64,000 nt of DNA, from NCBI GenBank assembly GCA_050260515.1, contig JBLNCI010000009.1, forward strand, positions 3,669 to 67,668, given 5' to 3'. Position numbers and translations under genes: made by a program. Below, piece after piece: positions 50,442 through 59,211 of this stretch (within the stretch, counting starts at the first letter, position 1; each line of letters opens with the position of its first letter). The notes below the pieces were generated by a model. It ran no database searches and was not told the DNA's origin. It saw only the letters and a list, made by a program, of their open reading frames with translations. The stretch comes from Gemmatimonas sp. (GTDB lineage Bacteria > Pseudomonadota > Alphaproteobacteria > SMXQ01).

Positions 50442-50507
50442 TTCCCCAACCTTGCAGGCACCGCGCGCGCTCCGCGCGTCGATGTCGTCGCTTGCCCGAG
50501 AGAGATC

Positions 50508-51233
50508 ATGGCCACCGAGACCGAGCTCCGCGAGAAACTCTCCGCCTGCACCCGCATCTTCGCCATGCAGGAGCTGCTCGGCCTCTTCGGGCACATCAGC
50601 GCCTACGATCCCGACGCGCAGCACGTCTACTTCTCGCCGAGCCAGGGCGTCGACAAGACGGCGGTCAAGCCCGACGACATCCTGGTGAGCGACCTCGACG
50701 GCACCGTGCTCGAGGGCGACCGCCGGCTGCCCGCGGAATGGCCGATCCACACAGTGCTCCACAACCGCCGCATGGATGCGCTGGCCGTTGCCCATCTCCA
50801 CGCGCCGTATGCCACGCTGTTCGCGATCGCGCGGCGCGAGTTCCAGCCGATCACGCTGCAGGGCTCGGTGTTCGGCGGCGGACTGCCGGTCTACTCCGAG
50901 CCGGCGCTGATCCGCAGCGTTGCCCAGGGCAAGAACCTCGCGAAGACGATCGGCGACCGGCCCGCCGCGTTCCTGCGCGGCCACGGCATCGTCGTGGTCG
51001 CCCGCGACGTCGAGCAGATGCTGTACGCCTCGCTGATCCTCGAGGACGAGGCGCGCAAGTGGGTGCAGGCTTCGACGCTCGGCGAGGTGCAGCCGCTGAG
51101 CCACGAGGATTGCAGGACCTTCGGCGCCAAGGCCGAGTTCCCCGGCCGCGCCCAGCGCTGCTGGCACTACTTCACGACGCTCGAGAAGCGCTGGGACCGC
51201 CAGCCCGGCACCGGGTGCGTGCCGTTCGTCTGA
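50508..51233 (+). CDS. class II aldolase/adducin-family protein
   Basis: ORF 50508..51233(+), 241 aa (LFGHISAYDP...HLHAPYAT...FLRGHGIVVV), metal-binding His pattern of class II aldolases. Confidence 0.8.
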   Translation: MATETELREKLSACTRIFAMQELLGLFGHISAYDPDAQHVYFSPSQGVDKTAVKPDDILVSDLDGTVLEGDRRLPAEWPIHTVLHNRRMDALAVAHLHAPYATLFAIARREFQPITLQGSVFGGGLPVYSEPALIRSVAQGKNLAKTIGDRPAAFLRGHGIVVVARDVEQMLYASLILEDEARKWVQASTLGEVQPLSHEDCRTFGAKAEFPGRAQRCWHYFTTLEKRWDRQPGTGCVPFV

Positions 51234-51299
51234 CCGCCGGCCGCGGCAAAAAGAAAGGGCCCTCGTAGAGGGCCCTTGCGGGTTCAGTGGCGCTCCGCG

Positions 51300-52058
51300 C
51301 TACTCCATCGACCAGTCGGACGGCAGCGCGCCCGACGTGCGCGCCTGGTGCACGTAGTACTTCCACAGCTTGCCGACGTGGAACTCGCGCATCTCGTGGC
51401 GGTTGATCTGCTCCATCTCGGCGTCGGTGAGCGGCAGCGGCTCGCGTCCGGCGTTGAGCACCTCGAGCATCGCCCGCGCGTTCTCCTCGAAGTGGACGGC
51501 GTCGACCAGCAGCGCCGGAACCGACTCGGCGACCAGCACGACGCCGTGGGAGCGGATCAGCGCGGCGTGGTGCGGCCCCAACGTCGCCGCCAGCGCGCGG
51601 CCCTGCTCCGAGAGCTTGATGTGGCTCGGGTCGGCGTGGGTCGGGATGCCGCTCTGCCAGCGCACGGCGCGCGCCCGCATCGGCTGCAGCGTCACGCCCT
51701 TCATCATCGTGAACAGGAACGCGACCTCGAGGTGGGAATGGATCACCGCCTGCACGTCGGGCCGCGCCTTCATGATCTCGACGTGGATCGCGAGCTCGAC
51801 CGGCGGCTTGCCCGGCGCGCCCTCGATCACCTTGCCGTCGAAGCCGACCAGCAGCATGCGGTCGGGCGTGACGCCGGAGCGCGGATCGGTGCCCGCCTGG
51901 ATGTAGAGCGCGTCGCGGCCGGGCGCGCGCACCGAGATATGGCCCGAGTAGTCGAGGATGCCCTCGGCGTTGAGGATGCGCGTCGCGGCGGCGAGCTGGC
52001 GCCGGAGCTGCGGGCCGCTGAGGTCGTCGCTTGGATTGATGCCGATCGCGGTCGCCAT
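51300..52058 (-). CDS. class II aldolase/adducin-family protein (second, convergent)
   Basis: ORF 51300..52058(-), 252 aa (GHISVRAPGRDALYI...HSHLEVA...IRSHGVVLVAE). Confidence 0.8.
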   Translation of the reverse strand: MATAIGINPSDDLSGPQLRRQLAAATRILNAEGILDYSGHISVRAPGRDALYIQAGTDPRSGVTPDRMLLVGFDGKVIEGAPGKPPVELAIHVEIMKARPDVQAVIHSHLEVAFLFTMMKGVTLQPMRARAVRWQSGIPTHADPSHIKLSEQGRALAATLGPHHAALIRSHGVVLVAESVPALLVDAVHFEENARAMLEVLNAGREPLPLTDAEMEQINRHEMREFHVGKLWKYYVHQARTSGALPSDWSME

Positions 52059-52110
52059 GTCGGGCTCCTGTCTCCGTGCGGGAGCAGACTCTAGCAGCGT
52101 CGGCGCGCGG

Positions 52111-52863
52111 TCAAAACCGCGATCCTGCGCCGGCGCGGCCGCCGTGCGCCACGTCCGGCTCCGGGTCGCGTGCCGGCAGCGGCTCGACGCCCCGGATGCG
52201 CACGCCGAGCCCGGCGATCAGGATCAGAAGGTTGGACAGGATCGCCATGTCGAGCGGCATGCCGCGGCGGCGGACGTCGAGCAGCAGCGCGGCGCGCACG
52301 CCGTCGCTGCGGTTCCACACCTCGTGGGGGAAGGTGTCGTCCCACAGCAGGCATTCGCCCTCGCCGACGAGGTGATCGGCGCCCGCGATGCGCAGCACCG
52401 CCGCGGGCTGGCCCGTGTCGTCGCGCGGCATCATCAGCGGCATGTAGAAGCGGAGCACGCCGCGGAACGGACCGCGATGCTCGGGGATGTGCTTGCCCGG
52501 AGCGAGGAACGACAGCGACGCTGACAGCACGTCGGGCATGTCCGACACCAGCGCCGCCAATCGCGGGCAGGCCGCCATGTTGCGCGGGATCGGCGTGCCG
52601 TAGGCCTTGAGGATGAACAGCCGCCAGTCGCGCCGGTCGTTGGCGGAGATCGGCGCCTGCTCCGGCATGATGTCGTGGAACCGGGGCACCGTGTCGAGGC
52701 GCCGCGCGACCGCGAGCGCCTCGTCGCGGATGTCGCGCCAGGCCGCCTGGAGGCGGCTGCCGTCGGGGAAGTGGGTGGCGAGATCGAGCGTCGGTTGGCC
52801 GACGATCCGGTGGTCGTAGATGTTGCGGACGAACTCGGCGGCCCGGTCGTAAACCACTCCCAT
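52111..52863 (-). CDS. aspartyl/asparaginyl beta-hydroxylase-family 2OG-Fe(II) oxygenase (AspH/LpxO-like)
   Basis: C-terminal 250 aa of composite ORF 52111..54537(-) from ATG 52863 (MGVVYDRAAEFVRNIYDHRIVG...FLAPGKHIPEHRGPFRGVLRFYMPL...). Confidence 0.7.
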   Translation of the reverse strand: MGVVYDRAAEFVRNIYDHRIVGQPTLDLATHFPDGSRLQAAWRDIRDEALAVARRLDTVPRFHDIMPEQAPISANDRRDWRLFILKAYGTPIPRNMAACPRLAALVSDMPDVLSASLSFLAPGKHIPEHRGPFRGVLRFYMPLMMPRDDTGQPAAVLRIAGADHLVGEGECLLWDDTFPHEVWNRSDGVRAALLLDVRRRGMPLDMAILSNLLILIAGLGVRIRGVEPLPARDPEPDVAHGGRAGAGSRF

Positions 52864-52937
52864 GCGCACCTCAGGGCTGCAGCGCGGATTCTCGCGTCCC
52901 GGCTGGAGAACGTCCGGACCGGCGATTCGATCCGTTT

Positions 52938-54530
52938 TCACGCCGGACACAGGATAATCCCTTCGCTCGGCCCGAGCACCACGCGTCCTTTGATCGTCTC
53001 GGAGATCGGTTGGAGGCTGGACGCGAGCGCCGTCCGCCATTCCGGCGCGTCGGTCGGCAGCGCCACGGTCTGCGGCTCGCGCGAGAAGTTGAGCACGACG
53101 ACGAGGCGGTCGCCGCCGTGGCGGCGCTCGTAGGCGAGCACGTGCTCGTCGGCGTGGAGCGGCGCGTAGTCGCCGATGCTGAGCGACGGCCGCTTGCGCC
53201 TGAGCCGGATCAGCTCGTGGTACAGCGCGAGGATCGAGGTTTCGTCGCCGGCGCAGCACGCGACATTGCGCTCGGCGTAGTCGGGCGCGACCGGGAGCCA
53301 CGGCTCGCCCGAGGTGAAGCCCGCATTGGCCGAGGCGTCCCACTGCATCGGCGTGCGGCTCGGATCGCGGCCGAGCCCGAGGCCGGGCTCGTTCTTCTCC
53401 CACGGATCGTGGACCTTCTCGGGCGGGATCGGCACGCTTTCCATGCCGATCTCGTCGCCGTAGTAGAGCGTCGGCGTGCCGCGCAGGGTCAGCAGCAGCA
53501 TCGCCGCGATCCGCGCCTGGTCGCGCCCGGCGCGGCTCGCGATGCGCCTCTGGTCGTGGTTGCTCAGCACCCAGTTCGGCCAGCCGCCCATCGGCAGCGC
53601 GCCCTCGTACTCGCGGATGAGGCGGCTGATCGCGGTCGCGCTCCACGCCGTCTCGATGAGCTGGAAGTTGAACGGCAGGTGCGCGCCGCGCAGGTCCTTG
53701 CCGTAGTAGTGCACCAGCCGCTCGAGCGGCAGGTAGATCTCGCCGATCAGCACGCGCGCGTCGTACTGGTCGAGCACGTTGCGCATCTCGGCGATGATCT
53801 CGTGCACCTCCGGCCGGTCCGCCGAGTAGAGCTGGATGAACTGGCGGATCGCGGCGTCGCCTGGCCGCCAGTCGGGATTGTGCGGATTGTCGCGGAACTG
53901 GTCGTCCTTGATGAGATGCCAGATCACGTCGACGCGAAAGCCGTCGACGCCGCGGTCGAGCCAGAACCGCAGCACGCGGTACATCGCGTCGCGCACCTCG
54001 GGGTTGCGCCAGTTGAGATCGGGCTGCTCCTTGAGGAACGCGTGGTAGTAGTACTGCTTGGTCGCCGCGTCCCACTCCCAGCCGCTGCCGCCGAAGTTGC
54101 TCACCCAGTTGTTGGGAGGGCCGCCGCCCGGCCCGGGGTCGCGCCAGATGTACCAGTCGCGCTTGGGGCTGGCGCGCGACGAGCGGCTCTCGACGAACCA
54201 CGGGTGCCGGTCGGAGGTGTGGTTGGGGACGAAGTCGAGGATCACCTTGATGCCGCGCCGGTGCGCATCCGCGACGAGGCGGTCGAAGTCGTCGAAGGTT
54301 CCGAACGTCGGGTCGATCGCGCAGTAGTTCGCGACGTCGTAGCCGAAGTCGGCCATCGGCGACGGATAAATCGGCGAAATCCAGATCGCGTCGATGCCAA
54401 GCTCCTCGAGATACCCGAGCCGGGAGCGGATGCCGGCGAGATCGCCGATGCCGTCGCCGTCGGTATCCTGGAACGAGCGCGGATAGATCTGATAGATGAT
54501 GCCGCGTTTCCACCACAGCGGTTCGGTCAT
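52938..54530 (-). CDS. GH13 alpha-glucosidase (oligo-1,6-glucosidase / trehalose-6-phosphate hydrolase subfamily)
   Basis: C-terminal 530 aa of ORF 52938..54929(-) from ATG 54530 (MTEPLWWKRGIIYQIYPRSFQDTDGDGIGDLAGI...DFVPNHTSD...GFRVDVI...EIY...NHDQ). All GH13 catalytic regions present. Confidence 0.9.
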   Translation of the reverse strand: MTEPLWWKRGIIYQIYPRSFQDTDGDGIGDLAGIRSRLGYLEELGIDAIWISPIYPSPMADFGYDVANYCAIDPTFGTFDDFDRLVADAHRRGIKVILDFVPNHTSDRHPWFVESRSSRASPKRDWYIWRDPGPGGGPPNNWVSNFGGSGWEWDAATKQYYYHAFLKEQPDLNWRNPEVRDAMYRVLRFWLDRGVDGFRVDVIWHLIKDDQFRDNPHNPDWRPGDAAIRQFIQLYSADRPEVHEIIAEMRNVLDQYDARVLIGEIYLPLERLVHYYGKDLRGAHLPFNFQLIETAWSATAISRLIREYEGALPMGGWPNWVLSNHDQRRIASRAGRDQARIAAMLLLTLRGTPTLYYGDEIGMESVPIPPEKVHDPWEKNEPGLGLGRDPSRTPMQWDASANAGFTSGEPWLPVAPDYAERNVACCAGDETSILALYHELIRLRRKRPSLSIGDYAPLHADEHVLAYERRHGGDRLVVVLNFSREPQTVALPTDAPEWRTALASSLQPISETIKGRVVLGPSEGIILCPA

Positions 54531-54726
54531 CGAGCATCTCGCAGCGGGCGGGTCCGGCCTGATTAAACCGCGGGCCGCCGCCGCGGTTCCGGCATGGCCC
54601 GGCGCCGGACCCTCCGCAGCTCCGGAACCCCTGGAACCGCCCGGAGCTCCGGAACCAATGCCGCGGCTCGTCGGTTTCCTACGTCGGCTTCCCGATTCCC
54701 TGCCCCACCACCGGATCCGCTGGGCG

Positions 54727-56676
54727 ATGATGGCCGAGACCCCGGACGGCGCGCATGAGACGCTTTCGCCGTCCGAGGCGCGGCCGGCCGGGGGCGGCGC
54801 GCCCGCGTCGACGGCGCGGCGGCTGCCGGTCGGCGCCGAGCTGATCGGCGGCGTCGTCCATTTCCGCGTCTGGGCACCGCGCCGCGCGCGGGTCGAGGTG
54901 GTGTTCGACTCCGGGGCCCGCGCCGGCACGTCGATCGATCTCGCGCCGGAGCGCGACGGCTACTTCGCGGGCTCCGCGCCGGGCGCCGCCGGCGACCTCT
55001 ACCGCTTCCGACTCGACGGCGGCCCCGAGCTGCTCGCGGATCCCGCGTCGCGGTTCCAGCCCGACGGTCCCCACGGCCCGTCGCAGGTCGTCGATCCGTC
55101 CGCGTTCCCGTGGAGCGACGCCGAGTGGCGCGGTCCCGACCATCGCGGTCCGGTGCTCTACGAGATGCACGTCGGCTCGTTCACGGCCGAGGGAACGTGG
55201 CGCGCCGCGGAGGAGCATCTCGCGGCGTTGCGCGATCTCGGCATCAGCGTCGTCGAGATGATGCCGGTCGCGGATTTCCCGGGACGGTTCGGATGGGGCT
55301 ACGACGGCGTCAACCTGTTTGCGCCGACGCGCCTGTACGGCCGTCCCGACGATCTCCGGCACTTCGTCGATCGCGCGCACCGCCTCGGCCTCGCCGTCAT
55401 CCTCGACGTCGTCTACAACCACCTCGGCCCGGACGGGAACCGGTTGCCGGAATTCTCCGCCCACTACTTCACCGACCGCTACGAGTGCGAGTGGGGCGAG
55501 GCGATCAACTTCGACGGCGACGGCAGCGCGGCGGTCCGCGCGTTCGTGCTCGCGAACGCCCGCTACTGGATCGAGGAATTCCACATCGACGGCCTGCGGC
55601 TCGACGCCACCCAGCAGATCTTCGACTCCTCGTCGTCGCACATCGTCGGCGAGATCGTCGCCGCCGCGCGCGCCGCCGGCGCCCGCGCCGGCCGCACCGT
55701 GTACCTGGTGGCCGAGAACGAGCCGCAGGACGTGCGGCTGGTGCGATCGCCGGAGGAGGACGGCTTCGGCTTCGACGCGATGTGGAACGACGATTTCCAC
55801 CACAGCGCCTTCGTCAACGCCCGCGGGCACTCGAGGGCCTACTTCTCCGGATACGCCGGCACCCCTCAGGAGTTCGTCTCGCTCGCGCGGCACGGCTTCC
55901 TCTACCAGGGCCAGTACTACAAATGGCAGGGCAAGCGGCGCGGGACGCCCACCGCCGGGATTCCCGCCGACAGCCTGGTGAACTACCTGCAGAACCACGA
56001 CCAGGTGGCGAACACCGGCCGTGGCGACCGGCTCCACACCACCGCCAATCCGGGCCGCCTGCGCGTGCTGACCGGGCTCCTGTTCCTCACGCCGGGGGTG
56101 CCGATGCTGTTCCAGGGGCAGGAGTTCGCCGCCTCGACGCGGTTCACCTACTTCGCCGACCACAAGCCGGATCTCGCGAAGAAGGTCCGCCGCGGGCGGG
56201 CCGAGTTCGTTTCCCAGTTCCCCAACCTCGCGACGCCGGAGATGGTGGCGGAGATGCCGCCGCCCGACGCCCGCGACATCTTCAGGAGCTGCGTGCTGAA
56301 TCACGCCGACCGCCATGCGGGTTTCCACGCCGAGGTGCTGGCGCTCCACCGCGACCTCATCCGCCTCCGTGCGACGGACCCGGTGTTCTCGGCGATGCGG
56401 CGCAAGAGCGTCGACGGTGCGGTGCTCGGTCGGGAGGCATTCGTCCTCCGTTATGCCGGTCGGCACGAGGACCGGATGGTGCTCGCCAACTTCGGCCGCG
56501 ATCTGCGGCTCGACTCCCCGGCCGAGCCGCTGCTCGCGCCGCCCGCCGGCCGGAGCTGGAGCGTGCTGTGGTCGAGCGAGCATCCGCGCTACGGCGGCAG
56601 CGGGACGCCCGCGATCGAAAGCGAGGACGGTTGGTTTCTGCCCGCTCACTGCATGGTGGTGATGGCCTCGGGCTGA
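54727..56676 (+). CDS. treZ: malto-oligosyltrehalose trehalohydrolase-like GH13 enzyme (TreZ family)
   Basis: ORF 54496..56676(+). Likely start at Met78/79 (MMAETPDGAHETLS...VHFRVWAP = E-set/CBM48 N-domain). GH13 regions DVVYNH, GLRLDA, EPQD, FLQNHDQ. Confidence 0.8.
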   Translation: MMAETPDGAHETLSPSEARPAGGGAPASTARRLPVGAELIGGVVHFRVWAPRRARVEVVFDSGARAGTSIDLAPERDGYFAGSAPGAAGDLYRFRLDGGPELLADPASRFQPDGPHGPSQVVDPSAFPWSDAEWRGPDHRGPVLYEMHVGSFTAEGTWRAAEEHLAALRDLGISVVEMMPVADFPGRFGWGYDGVNLFAPTRLYGRPDDLRHFVDRAHRLGLAVILDVVYNHLGPDGNRLPEFSAHYFTDRYECEWGEAINFDGDGSAAVRAFVLANARYWIEEFHIDGLRLDATQQIFDSSSSHIVGEIVAAARAAGARAGRTVYLVAENEPQDVRLVRSPEEDGFGFDAMWNDDFHHSAFVNARGHSRAYFSGYAGTPQEFVSLARHGFLYQGQYYKWQGKRRGTPTAGIPADSLVNYLQNHDQVANTGRGDRLHTTANPGRLRVLTGLLFLTPGVPMLFQGQEFAASTRFTYFADHKPDLAKKVRRGRAEFVSQFPNLATPEMVAEMPPPDARDIFRSCVLNHADRHAGFHAEVLALHRDLIRLRATDPVFSAMRRKSVDGAVLGREAFVLRYAGRHEDRMVLANFGRDLRLDSPAEPLLAPPAGRSWSVLWSSEHPRYGGSGTPAIESEDGWFLPAHCMVVMASG

Positions 56677-56823
56677 GCCAGCGCAGCGTGCCGCGGCCGT
56701 CGCCGACGTGAGCAGTCGCGCGACCCATTTTTGAAACTGTTTTCGCTCCGGCTTTCTGCGACTCGATGCCGCGCGCGCCGTCCAATGTGGCGTCCATCGT
56801 GAGGTCGTCGGGGGATCGACGAA

Positions 56824-56857
56824 ATAGACGTCAGCGCGACATAGACGTCAGCGCGAC
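56824..56857. repeat. perfect 17-bp tandem direct repeat (ATAGACGTCAGCGCGAC x2), 18 bp upstream of the GH16 gene 1 start
   Basis: gaaATAGACGTCAGCGCGACATAGACGTCAGCGCGACgcagggggagaacggccATG. Each unit contains a GACGTC palindrome. Confidence 0.6.
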
Positions 56858-56874
56858 GCAGGGGGAGAACGGCC

Positions 56875-58926
56875 ATGGTCGATCTGTCCGCCTACAAGCT
56901 CACCTACGACGACGAGTTCAACTCGTTCGCGTGGTCGCCCGACGGCAGCTCCGGGTACAAGACGACGCTCTATTTCGGCGGCCGGTTCCTCGGCGCCAAC
57001 GGCGATCAGCAGTACTATTCGGATCCGACCGTCGGCGTGAATCCGTTCTCGCTCGCGAACGGCGCGCTGCACATCACCGCGGCACCCGGCGGCAACCCCG
57101 CCGGTCAGCCCTACAACTCGGGGCTGATCACCACCGAAGGGTCGTTCGCCCAGACCTACGGCTACTTCGAGGCCCGCGTCGAGGTCGCGTCGGGTCCCGG
57201 CATGTGGTCGAGCGTCTGGATGCTTCCCGCCGACAAGAGTTGGCCCCCCGAGTTCGATGTCCTCGAAGCGTTCGGCGCGCCGAACTCGCGCGGCGACGGT
57301 GCCGGCAACGTCGCCTGGCAGAACCAGATCACGGTCGATCACACGGCGGATTTCGGCGCCTGGCATCCCGTCGGCGGTGGCGACATCCACACCACGTGGC
57401 ACACCTACGGCGTCGACTGGGAGCCCGACTTCACGACCTGGTACATCGACGGCGTACAGTCGGAGCGGCGGCCGACGCCCTCGACCACCAGCAAGGCGAT
57501 GTACCTGCTGCTCGACCTCAGCGTCGGCGGCTGGCCGGAGAATCCGGCGGGCGAAACCGGCGTGATGGGCATCGACTATGTCCGCGCCTTCTCGAAGGAT
57601 CCCAACGCGCACGCCGTCGGGCTGCAGACGATCTCGTCCCCCGACGGCGCCGACACGACCCCGTTCGGCGCCTCCGATTCCCACGGCGTGATCGGCGGCG
57701 CCCCGCCTCCGCCGCCGCCCCCTCCCGGAGGCACCAATCTATCGGTGCGCGTTTCCGAGGATGCATGGAACGGCAATGCGCAGTTCGTCGTCGCCGTCGA
57801 TGGAGCGCAGGTCGGCGGCGTCCAGACCGCGACCGCGTCCCACGGTGCCGGTCAATGGCAGGACATCGGCCTGCCGGGCACCTTCTCGACGGGAGCCCAC
57901 AGCATCGACATCACCTTCCTCAACGATGCCTGGGGCGGCACGCCGTCGACCGACCGCAATCTCTACGTGCAGTCGGTCACCCTGAACGGCAACACCATCG
58001 ACTGGCACGCGGGCCAGAACGGCGCGAGCAACGGCATGTCGGTCGGCGATGGCGCGATCCTCGCCGTCAACGGCACCATCCACTTCGGGTCGGGCGGAAC
58101 CACCACGCCTCCGCCGCCCACCGGCGGCGGGCCGATCACCGTCCGCGTATCGGAGGATGCCTGGAACGGCGACGCGCAGTTCACGGTCACCGTCGACGGC
58201 GCGCAGTTCGGTGGCGTGCAGACCGCGACCGGCTCCCACGCGGCCGGGGGCTGGCAGGACATTTCCATCGCCGGCACCCTCTCGGCGGGGGCTCACACCA
58301 TCGCCGTCAACTTCATCAACGACGCCTGGGGCGGCACGGCGGCGACCGACCGCAACCTTTACGTCCAGTCGCTGACGGCGAACGGCGAGACGCTGTCCTA
58401 CACCACGGCCCAGAATTCCGCCGCCAACGGCATGAGCGCGTCCGACGGGGCGATCCTCGCCGTCAACGGCCCGCTGACGTTCCACTCCTCGGGCGGCGGC
58501 GGTGGCGGCGGCGGTGGAACCGTCGGCCCGTCGACCATCGTCTTGCATCTCGCGGAAGACGCGTGGAACGGCGACGCGCAGTTCGTCGTGAAGGTCGACG
58601 GCGCCCAGGTCGGCGGCACCCGGACGGCGACCGCGTCGCACGCGTCGCACGCGGTCCAGGACGTCACGCTGACCGGCGACTTCGGGGCGCAGGGCCCCGG
58701 GACGGTCGATGTCCAGTTCGTGAACGACGCCTGGGGCGGCACGCCGGCGACCGATCGCAATCTCTACGTCTACTCGGCCGACGTGAACGGACACTCGTTC
58801 CCAGGCACCGCGGCGGCGAACGACGCGGCGAACGGAATGAGCGCGCCGGACGCGGCGATCCTCGCCATCAACGGCACGGTCGAGTTCAACATCAACCACA
58901 CCGCTCCGCCGCCCATTCTCGGTTGA
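56875..58926 (+). CDS. GH16-family beta-glycanase with three tandem ~130-aa CBM-like repeats; no signal peptide
   Basis: ORF 56875..58926(+), 683 aa. N-terminal GH16 domain with catalytic ExDxxE (WPPEFDVLEAFG). Poly-Pro and poly-Gly linkers separate three repeats carrying the pattern DAWNG(D/N)AQF..VDGAQ.GG..TAT.SH......LNDAWGGT..TDRNLYV......NG. Conserved tail FNINHTAPPPILG. Confidence 0.8.
   Translation: MVDLSAYKLTYDDEFNSFAWSPDGSSGYKTTLYFGGRFLGANGDQQYYSDPTVGVNPFSLANGALHITAAPGGNPAGQPYNSGLITTEGSFAQTYGYFEARVEVASGPGMWSSVWMLPADKSWPPEFDVLEAFGAPNSRGDGAGNVAWQNQITVDHTADFGAWHPVGGGDIHTTWHTYGVDWEPDFTTWYIDGVQSERRPTPSTTSKAMYLLLDLSVGGWPENPAGETGVMGIDYVRAFSKDPNAHAVGLQTISSPDGADTTPFGASDSHGVIGGAPPPPPPPPGGTNLSVRVSEDAWNGNAQFVVAVDGAQVGGVQTATASHGAGQWQDIGLPGTFSTGAHSIDITFLNDAWGGTPSTDRNLYVQSVTLNGNTIDWHAGQNGASNGMSVGDGAILAVNGTIHFGSGGTTTPPPPTGGGPITVRVSEDAWNGDAQFTVTVDGAQFGGVQTATGSHAAGGWQDISIAGTLSAGAHTIAVNFINDAWGGTAATDRNLYVQSLTANGETLSYTTAQNSAANGMSASDGAILAVNGPLTFHSSGGGGGGGGGTVGPSTIVLHLAEDAWNGDAQFVVKVDGAQVGGTRTATASHASHAVQDVTLTGDFGAQGPGTVDVQFVNDAWGGTPATDRNLYVYSADVNGHSFPGTAAANDAANGMSAPDAAILAINGTVEFNINHTAPPPILG
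57736..58890 (+). repeat. three in-frame tandem ~390-bp repeats encoding CBM-like modules inside GH16 gene 1
   Basis: Repeat units start near residues 288, 420 and 552 (132-aa period). Nucleotide stretches such as gacgcgtggaacggcgacgcgcagttc recur. Confidence 0.7.
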
Positions 58927-59211
58927 AGCCGCTCCTAAGCCCCGAGACATCGCGCGGCCGTCGCCGCCGCCCGTCCTGCGCATGTCCACGGCGGCTGGCG
59001 CTCGCGGCCGACCGGTGGCGCACCCCAATACGACGCAGACGCGAAAAAGTGCCAAGGGCATCGGTGCCGCGGCACGCCGCGTTTTTGAAAGCTTTTTCGC
59101 CCCGCCTTGATGCGCGCCCGTGACGGGAAAGGTCGTGCATCGTTTCGCTGACATTCGTGACGTATGCGGCGCGCGGGTCGCATGCGCACATCACAGCATA
59201 TGGGCGCAGCG

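Noticed and set aside
52111-54537. 808-aa minus-strand ORF
   Set aside because: Composite: only the C-terminal 250 aa (from ATG 52863) resemble the AspH family. The N-terminal 550 aa are GC-noise antisense to the GH13 alpha-glucosidase, which is encoded in another minus frame (52938..54530).
58495-58521. (GGC)n and (CCG)n homopolymeric-codon tracts in the GH16 genes as phase-variation switches
   Set aside because: The tracts are triplet repeats, so length changes stay in frame. They would alter linker length (poly-Gly / poly-Pro) rather than switch expression on and off.
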